A DNA stretch of 64,000 nucleotides from an uncultured delta proteobacterium. Its GTDB lineage: Bacteria > Desulfobacterota > Binatia > UBA9968. The stretch covers positions 32,001-96,000 of the forward strand of contig CAWDPO010000045.1 in NCBI GenBank assembly GCA_963804165.1, read 5' to 3'. The notes beneath the pieces are model-generated. The model did no database searches and was not told where the DNA came from. It saw only the letters and a program-made list of their open reading frames with translations. This document shows positions 58,538 to 64,000 of the stretch, piece by piece. Each line of letters starts with the position of its first letter. The first letter of the stretch is position 1. The translations under genes were made by a program, and so were the position numbers.

Positions 58538-58765
58538 TCAATGCAGTAGCACAGTTCCGGGAAAGTGCCGGTCGGTGATTTCCCTTTCGAGGGAAGCCCC
58601 GTTCAGCAACTCAACTAAAATCACACGGGCGAGATGATAGGCCTCTCTTGTATCGGCGGAATATTCAAAGGCGAACTCGCTGACCGTCGCCATAAGGTCT
58701 TCCAACCTAGGGTTGATACTGTTATCGCTACGGTTTGTTTTCACGGCGATTATCCTTTCACGCAA
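58538..58765 (-). CDS. hypothetical protein
   Basis: 75-aa ORF co-oriented downstream of the SOD gene; start uncertain. Confidence 0.5.
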   Translation of the reverse strand: MRERIIAVKTNRSDNSINPRLEDLMATVSEFAFEYSADTREAYHLARVILVELLNGASLEREITDRHFPGTVLLH

Positions 58766-58799
58766 AAAGCTATTGATCGTCGTTCAGTTTGCGACCCGG

Positions 58800-59459
58800 C
58801 TAACCCGTGATGATGTAGTCGAACTGTTCCTGGACTTTCTTCCAGTTCACCACGTGCCACCAATGAGTAATGTATTCGGGTCGCTTGTTGTGGTACTTGA
58901 GATAATACGCGTGTTCCCAAACATCGAGACCTAAAATGGGCAGCTGGCCGTTTGATAACGGATTATTCTGGTTCGCCGTTGAGCCAATCTCCAAGTCCCC
59001 CGTGGACGTCACGGAAAGCCACGCCCATCCGCTGCCCGAGCGATTTTTGGCAGCGGTGTCGAACTCTTCTTTGAATTTAGCGAATCCGCCAAACGTCTTT
59101 GTAATCGCCCGTGCCAGCTTGCCCTCGGGCTCATCGCCGCCCCGTGGCGTCATGTATTCCCAGAATAACGCGTGATTGAGGTGTCCGCCGCCGTTGCGTT
59201 GCAATGGCGTCCTGATATCGGCAGGCAACTCGTTAAGATGAGCCAATAGGGTCACGAGATCTGTTTTCTGCAGCTCAGGATATTTGCCGACCGCTTCGTT
59301 GGCTTGATCGACATAAGTCTGATGATGCTTGTCATGATGCAAATGCATCGTTTGTTCGTCGATGTGCGGCTCGAGCGCATCATACGCATAATCGAGCGCT
59401 GGCAGGGTATACGGATAATCCATATGCGCCGTTTGATAGAGCAAGAGTTTGTTGTTCAT
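58800..59459 (-). CDS. sodA: superoxide dismutase, Fe/Mn family (Mn-type signature)
   Basis: LHHDKHH, NGGGHLNH, GSGWAWL, DVWEHAYY. Confidence 0.93.
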   Translation of the reverse strand: MNNKLLLYQTAHMDYPYTLPALDYAYDALEPHIDEQTMHLHHDKHHQTYVDQANEAVGKYPELQKTDLVTLLAHLNELPADIRTPLQRNGGGHLNHALFWEYMTPRGGDEPEGKLARAITKTFGGFAKFKEEFDTAAKNRSGSGWAWLSVTSTGDLEIGSTANQNNPLSNGQLPILGLDVWEHAYYLKYHNKRPEYITHWWHVVNWKKVQEQFDYIITG

Positions 59460-59574
59460 GGCGTAAACCTCCTGTGTCGCTTTAGCCGATCCGAGTTAGT
59501 TTCCCGACTGAGAAAAACGTCGGCGACTCTCCAATGTCTGTCTCCTGTTGCATCGGCGCGCCTCGCCACGTCCC

Positions 59575-60795
59575 TTACGTTGAAACATGGCGAGCTCGAA
59601 CCGGTAGTTCCCGGCTAACCCGCGGCACTGATGGCTCTCGACTGCATGCCCGGTCGAAGCTCTGCAGGTAGCGGCGCGCGACCGCGGGCCAGACCATGCT
59701 GCGGCCGTGAGCGGCGGCGCGTGCGCAGAGGGCCGATCGTTTGGCATCATCGCTCAGGAGATCCACGACCTCGCGTGCGATGGTTTGGGAGTCTCTCCAC
59801 GGCACGAGGATACCGCGCCCGTCGGCGAGGAGTTCGCGCGCATAAAGATAAGGCGTGGAGATGACGGCTTTGCCGGATCCTACCGCGTAGGCCAACGTCC
59901 CGGACGTGCTCTGCTCAGGCTTGAGGTACGGCGTTACATAGATATCGGCGGCGGAGAGAAACTTGACGAGTTCGCCGCGGCTCACGAAACGATTGTGAAA
60001 GATCATGCTGGATTCCACGCCGAGCCCTTGAGCCCGACGCTCCAGACTTTCGCGGTAGTTTTCGCCGTATTGCTCTTTGATATGTGGATGGGTAGCTCCG
60101 AGCACGACGTAGACCGTGTCCGGGTATTGCGCAAGAATCGCGGGCAGCGCGTCGATGACATGCTCGATACCTTTGTCCGGCGATAGCAGGCCGAATGTAA
60201 AAATCACCGACTTGCCTTCGATCCCGAGCTCTTTCTTAGTGCTTGAAGCGAACGGCACGCTCGGAATCCCGTGCGGGATGATATCGATTTTCTGCTCGGG
60301 TACGCCGTGAACATTATGGAGGAGAGCGGCGCCGTGGGCGCTCATGACGACGAGCCGCCGCGAAAGTCGGGCGATCTCATTCATCGCTCGACGCTGCATG
60401 GAATCCGGCTCGCCGAGGATGGTGTGCACGGTGGTCACGATCGGCATGCGCAATCTGCGCAGGAGCGTGAGCAGGTAGCTACCGGCGTTGCCGCCGAAGA
60501 TACCGTACTCGTGCTGCACGGACACGACATCGATCTTGTTGGCGTTCAAATAATCCGCTGCGACGCGGTACGACGCAATATCACTCTCGGCCACCTCGAA
60601 GCGGACCCGCGGCGGATACGCATAACGTTTGCCGGCGTCGTTCATCGCGACCACGAAGCAATCGGCATTCGAGACCTCCGCCGCCACCGCTCTGCTGAGA
60701 TCGGTGGTAAAAGTAGCGATGCCGCATTGGCGCGGCAAGTGATTGCCAAGGATCGCGATTCGACGAACCGTTCCCGCGATGGTTCCGTGGTTCAT
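59575..60795 (-). CDS. glycosyltransferase family 4
   Basis: PRQCGIATFT, QHEYGIFGG, FGLLSPDKGIE, SGTLAYAVG. Confidence 0.9.
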   Translation of the reverse strand: MNHGTIAGTVRRIAILGNHLPRQCGIATFTTDLSRAVAAEVSNADCFVVAMNDAGKRYAYPPRVRFEVAESDIASYRVAADYLNANKIDVVSVQHEYGIFGGNAGSYLLTLLRRLRMPIVTTVHTILGEPDSMQRRAMNEIARLSRRLVVMSAHGAALLHNVHGVPEQKIDIIPHGIPSVPFASSTKKELGIEGKSVIFTFGLLSPDKGIEHVIDALPAILAQYPDTVYVVLGATHPHIKEQYGENYRESLERRAQGLGVESSMIFHNRFVSRGELVKFLSAADIYVTPYLKPEQSTSGTLAYAVGSGKAVISTPYLYARELLADGRGILVPWRDSQTIAREVVDLLSDDAKRSALCARAAAHGRSMVWPAVARRYLQSFDRACSREPSVPRVSRELPVRARHVST

Positions 60796-60993
60796 GATTC
60801 CTCCCACCGGAGAAGTCTCGCGATCAGATCCGTCCCCTGATCATCTGTATTCCAAGCAAAATCGCGACGAGTACGACTCCGAGTATTAAAAACAAGCTCG
60901 CCATATCAATTTCCTCCTAACCCACTTATTAGAAATTGATCCGCGGTCATTTTCACCACGACATTGCGGTGCTGTGCGGCCTCTCAAGCGCCG

Positions 60994-61224
60994 CTAGAAT
61001 GACTTCCTGGAGCCAACCGCGACCAGCGCGGCGCCACTCACGAGCGCCAACCCTATCAACAGCGGTGACATCGGGATGGTCTTCTGGGTGTCAACGGTGG
61101 CTTTTAGGGGACCGATGTCGATGACCTTCTCGCGGCTCGTGTAAGGGATTCCGCGGTAGGCAAACGCGACAATGCTGAGAACGATGAGAGCGATTCCCAC
61201 AAGCGTTATTGCACTGATACGCAT
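60994..61224 (-). CDS. DUF3185-like small two-TM protein
   Basis: YTSREKVIDIGPL...KTIP.SP between two TM helices. Confidence 0.82.
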   Translation of the reverse strand: MRISAITLVGIALIVLSIVAFAYRGIPYTSREKVIDIGPLKATVDTQKTIPMSPLLIGLALVSGAALVAVGSRKSF

Positions 61225-61256
61225 AATATTTCTCCTTCGTCTTTAAAGCCGAAACG

Positions 61257-61409
61257 CTAATCAACTCGATACCGCTGCATGTGATGGATCCCGAGCGCCA
61301 CCAGAGCGCCGATCAGCGTAATTTGGATGAATCCGCCGATCATTGTAGGGGAATCGAGTATTCCCACTACGCCCAGGACCGAAAGCATCGCAAAGATAAG
61401 CCAAAGCAT
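61257..61409 (-). CDS. lmo0937-like small membrane protein (not in ORF track)
   Basis: GAGGAG RBS; MLWLIFAMLSVLGVVG...IGGFIQITLIGALV. Confidence 0.7.
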   Translation of the reverse strand: MLWLIFAMLSVLGVVGILDSPTMIGGFIQITLIGALVALGIHHMQRYRVD

Positions 61410-61452
61410 GGTTCAGCTCCTCAATCTTCTGGAAAGCCCGCTGTTGAAATTC

Positions 61453-61755
61453 CTAGCCCCCCAGGTTTTCTCGCCTGTTTTCCTGATAGCCCTGCTTTTC
61501 GGCTTCCGTTGAGTGATCGACCGAATCGGAGCTCTTGCAATCCATGAGCTTCTTTCCCTGTTGCACGATCACGTCGGCAGTCTCGCGCAGCTTGCCTGCC
61601 TGCTGATTCAGGTAGTCCAGACTTTTACCGCCGCGTTCACGGAGCACCTCGCGCGTCTCTTTACGGCCGAGAATCGCGGCCATTAACCCGCCGACGGCTC
61701 CCAGACCTAGACCGATAAGTAAGTACGAAAATTTCGATTCGCCGTTCGTTGCCAT
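61453..61755 (-). CDS. YtxH-like general stress protein
   Basis: LIGLGLGAVGGLMAAIL..KETRE.L followed by helical tail. Confidence 0.8.
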   Translation of the reverse strand: MATNGESKFSYLLIGLGLGAVGGLMAAILGRKETREVLRERGGKSLDYLNQQAGKLRETADVIVQQGKKLMDCKSSDSVDHSTEAEKQGYQENRRENLGG

Positions 61756-61799
61756 AAATTTCTCCTCTTAGAAAACTCTCGCGTTGGAACAGTCCGTCT

Positions 61800-62111
61800 C
61801 TAACGCTTGATAACTTGCAGATTGTTGACTACCCGTTTGACGCCGCTCACCTGCGACGAAACCGATCCGATGTGGGACTTCTGCTCGCCGGTCTCGACTT
61901 CGCCGGTGAGATAGACAATGCCGTTATTGGTCTCGACTCCCACTCGCGACAGGGTGACAAGCTTGTCTGTAGCAAGTTTAGTCTTTACGGACGAAGTAAG
62001 AGCTCCATCATCGAGGTTTTGTCCCATGGTCTCGCCGGTCATCGCCTGGCAACCGCTCATGAAAAAAAGAACTACCAACGTACCTGCCAACATTTTAAAT
62101 TTCCGGATCAT
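61800..62111 (-). CDS. BON domain lipoprotein (OsmY-like)
   Basis: lipobox MSGC; DDGALTSSVKTKL, VET.NGIVYLTG, GVKRVVNNL. Confidence 0.92.
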   Translation of the reverse strand: MIRKFKMLAGTLVVLFFMSGCQAMTGETMGQNLDDGALTSSVKTKLATDKLVTLSRVGVETNNGIVYLTGEVETGEQKSHIGSVSSQVSGVKRVVNNLQVIKR

Positions 62112-62178
62112 AAATATCTCCTCACTAGTTTTGAAATGTTTGTTTTCTTGCTCAGCGCGTATAGTGACTCTCTGTCAA

Positions 62179-62397
62179 TTAATTTCTTTCCCAGTCCGAG
62201 TCCCTCCGATCCGGTCGCGAGTAACCCGCGCCGCGGTAAGGATCTCCATCCCAGCGGCGATCGTTCTTGTCATAGCTGCTCCCGACCCTGTCGTATCCGC
62301 TGTAATCGCCACGACGATTCCACTCGTAACATCCACTCGAAGCCAGCACGAAGCTGGCCGCGACAATTCCGTACATGGCCATTCCGAATGTGTTCAT
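62179..62397 (-). CDS. small lipoprotein with R/D/G/Y-rich tail
   Basis: AAGGAG RBS; SSGC lipobox. Confidence 0.7.
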   Translation of the reverse strand: MNTFGMAMYGIVAASFVLASSGCYEWNRRGDYSGYDRVGSSYDKNDRRWDGDPYRGAGYSRPDRRDSDWERN

Positions 62398-62462
62398 CGA
62401 ACTCTCCTTTTGCCGCAACGCTTCCCTGTGGATCGGCTCGAGCATCCCGATCAGCAAACCCG

Positions 62463-63089
62463 CTAGCGATTGTCCCGGAGAAAACTCTCTAGCTCGAATC
62501 GGTCGCGACTCGTGAACCGCCCTTCGACTCTGATGTAGTCACCGGCCCGCAGCGCGCGAAAACGATCCACGTCCGACCGCCGCGCATTGTTTGGCAAAGA
62601 AACAAAAAGACTCTGTCTGGACTGATCGCTCAATTCGAACGAGCTCTGCTGAAAGTTTACATGCTCCACTCTGCCATCGAGTGTTTGCATCGCCGTTGGC
62701 GGTTGACCGGCAGCGCCACGATCCGGATTCCGATCCCTTATACTTTCGTGGACGCGCACGAGATCCGTATACGAGTTGCCGCGTGAGTCCTGCCTCAGCT
62801 GCATGGAGACCTTATCGCCGCTCTCCAATTGGGCGACCGGATAGTCTCGGCCGCGATAAAGCGCACGGGCCTCAGTGCTATAACCGACCACCCGCTTGCG
62901 GCTGTCGTTCGGTCGCAAATGAATCTCCCGAGACGAAGTATCTATTCGGTCGATCTCTGCGAAGAGCTCGTCTTGATCCAATTGCAGCGTAGGTCTGCCC
63001 ACCAGGGCGATGTTGTCGCTGCAACCTGCGCTCATCGTCAACGCCAAACCGAGAATCACACAGGACGCCGCACGATTGAATGGATTCAT
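62463..63089 (-). CDS. lipoprotein with two OB-fold-like repeats
   Basis: SAGC lipobox; LESGDKV and LRAGDYIRVEG. Confidence 0.75.
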   Translation of the reverse strand: MNPFNRAASCVILGLALTMSAGCSDNIALVGRPTLQLDQDELFAEIDRIDTSSREIHLRPNDSRKRVVGYSTEARALYRGRDYPVAQLESGDKVSMQLRQDSRGNSYTDLVRVHESIRDRNPDRGAAGQPPTAMQTLDGRVEHVNFQQSSFELSDQSRQSLFVSLPNNARRSDVDRFRALRAGDYIRVEGRFTSRDRFELESFLRDNR

Positions 63090-63099
63090 AATTTTGCTC

Positions 63100-63327
63100 C
63101 TAATAAAGGATCGACCCTTTTTCTAGCTGCGATTTACGAGTTTCGTATTCTTTGCGGGATATTCTCTCGGCTTTGTAATCATCCTCGAGCTGGTTCATCT
63201 TGCTATGGGCGTTGATTTCGTAACCAGCGCTTGTGCCCAGGGCTCCCACCGCCGCTCCGCCCAAGAACGCACAGCCGCTTTGACTGACACCGATCAAAAG
63301 CACTAACACCAACATTAACTTTTTCAT
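63100..63327 (-). CDS. small glycine-zipper lipoprotein
   Basis: SGC lipobox; GGAAVGALG; AAGGAGG RBS. Confidence 0.8.
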   Translation of the reverse strand: MKKLMLVLVLLIGVSQSGCAFLGGAAVGALGTSAGYEINAHSKMNQLEDDYKAERISRKEYETRKSQLEKGSILY

Positions 63328-63392
63328 CGCAACCTCCTTGGGTTGGACTGAGTAGGAGGGTTAAGTCAGGCTTACTTGAAGAATTTCAAGCG

Positions 63393-63421
63393 ACCTCAGG
63401 TGTGAAACCCTATGCCTTAAA
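63393..63421. repeat. 29-bp direct repeat copy 2 (probable promoter)
   Basis: ACCTCAGGTGTGAAACCCTATGCCTTAAA. Confidence 0.8.
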
Positions 63422-63547
63422 CATCTTGAACGATACGCTGACGAGTTAGAGAGTACTGTCTAAAAAGAGACCAATTAAAAAAGAAATGTCTTGAGGCCGG
63501 GACTTTTGCTCAAGGGGCTTTTCCACCGATATCTCTGGCCATATTTG

Positions 63548-63694
63548 CTACAATTTCTTCTTCACGGCCTCGGCCGCGTCCTGAGTCTTTTCGCCCGCCC
63601 GCTCAACGTCCTGGCCGAAACCGCGCACCGTGTTGCAAGCCACGTTCGTGCCTAACAGGACCAACATCAGTGTTGCGAAGATTATCGGGCGCAT
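63548..63694 (-). CDS. entericidin A/B family lipoprotein
   Basis: VACNTVRGFGQDVERAGE. Confidence 0.92.
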   Translation of the reverse strand: MRPIIFATLMLVLLGTNVACNTVRGFGQDVERAGEKTQDAAEAVKKKL

Positions 63695-63741
63695 GGCGTA
63701 TCTCCTATTTGGATTCAACTTTCTAACACCAATCATGTGGA

Positions 63742-63756
63742 GCACTTTCTGTGCCT
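63742..63756 (-). promoter_or_regulatory. sigma54 promoter P4
   Basis: AGGCAC-AGAAA-GTGC. Confidence 0.75.
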
Positions 63757-63839
63757 GATTTTGCGATGAGGAAAAGGCTGTGTTTCCGCTAGCTTCCCGA
63801 GACTGTCTGACGGAAACGAAGAAACGGCTCGTTAAAAGC

Positions 63840-63864
63840 GTCGAAACTCTCGACCAAAGGGTCG
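63840..63864. promoter_or_regulatory. putative bEBP enhancer copy 4
   Basis: GTCGA-AACTC-TCGACC-AAAG-GGTCG. Confidence 0.8.
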
Positions 63865-64000
63865 GCCTAAACTACGTGAACGATGGATTGAAACGACAAG
63901 ATTACGGCTGCAACCATGACTGTGCGAGACTATTTTTCGAACGAACTTCTGAGATGCCACACGAGGGCAGGTACGGCTATGTCGGCTTTTAGCGGATCAA

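Noticed and set aside
52051-63864. GTCGA motif as a structured RNA, or as the coding repeat VETFDQKV in plus-strand ORFs 51934, 54183 and 63780
   Set aside because: It lies upstream of the predicted transcription starts at fixed spacing, which fits a DNA site; the ORFs are unrelated outside the motif and the copy at 56779 is not read that way in any listed ORF

Overview
GC-rich bacterial window. The orphan NMT1/SsuA-type solute-binding proteins, solo xanthine-dehydrogenase-type Mo subunits and dense REP-like intergenic repeats suggest a soil or sediment deltaproteobacterium such as Candidatus Binatota (inference only). Bases 1-34.5 kb hold the end of a chemotaxis operon (cheR, cheB, a receiver and an MshEN-like/CheX fusion), ppk1, a HEAT protein, catabolic and transport genes, and an IS1182 element plus a related MITE, each inserted into a REP-like repeat. 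The same stretch has a CoA-binding protein whose conserved Cys codon is an in-frame TGA followed by a SECIS-like hairpin (candidate selenoprotein), a frameshifted ECF sigma cassette and macAB-tolC. Bases 34.7-64 kb form an almost entirely minus-strand stress and small-protein island: two Crp paralogs, a diguanylate cyclase, sufB, hsp20-lon, a ferritin-like protein, a sigma54 two-component system, OmpA, dodecin, SOD, BON, YtxH, entericidin and many unannotated small ORFs. The island carries two recurrent cis-motifs. (i) GTCGA-N5-TCGACCAAA-N-GGTCG occurs four times, always 83-84 bp upstream of a sigma54 -24/-12 promoter. (ii) A CRP-geometry palindrome, YGTCY-N6-RGACR, occurs at least six times, five of them at about -41.5 from a sigma70-type -10. 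Together they predict a sigma54/bEBP plus variant-Crp general-stress cascade that I do not recognise as described.
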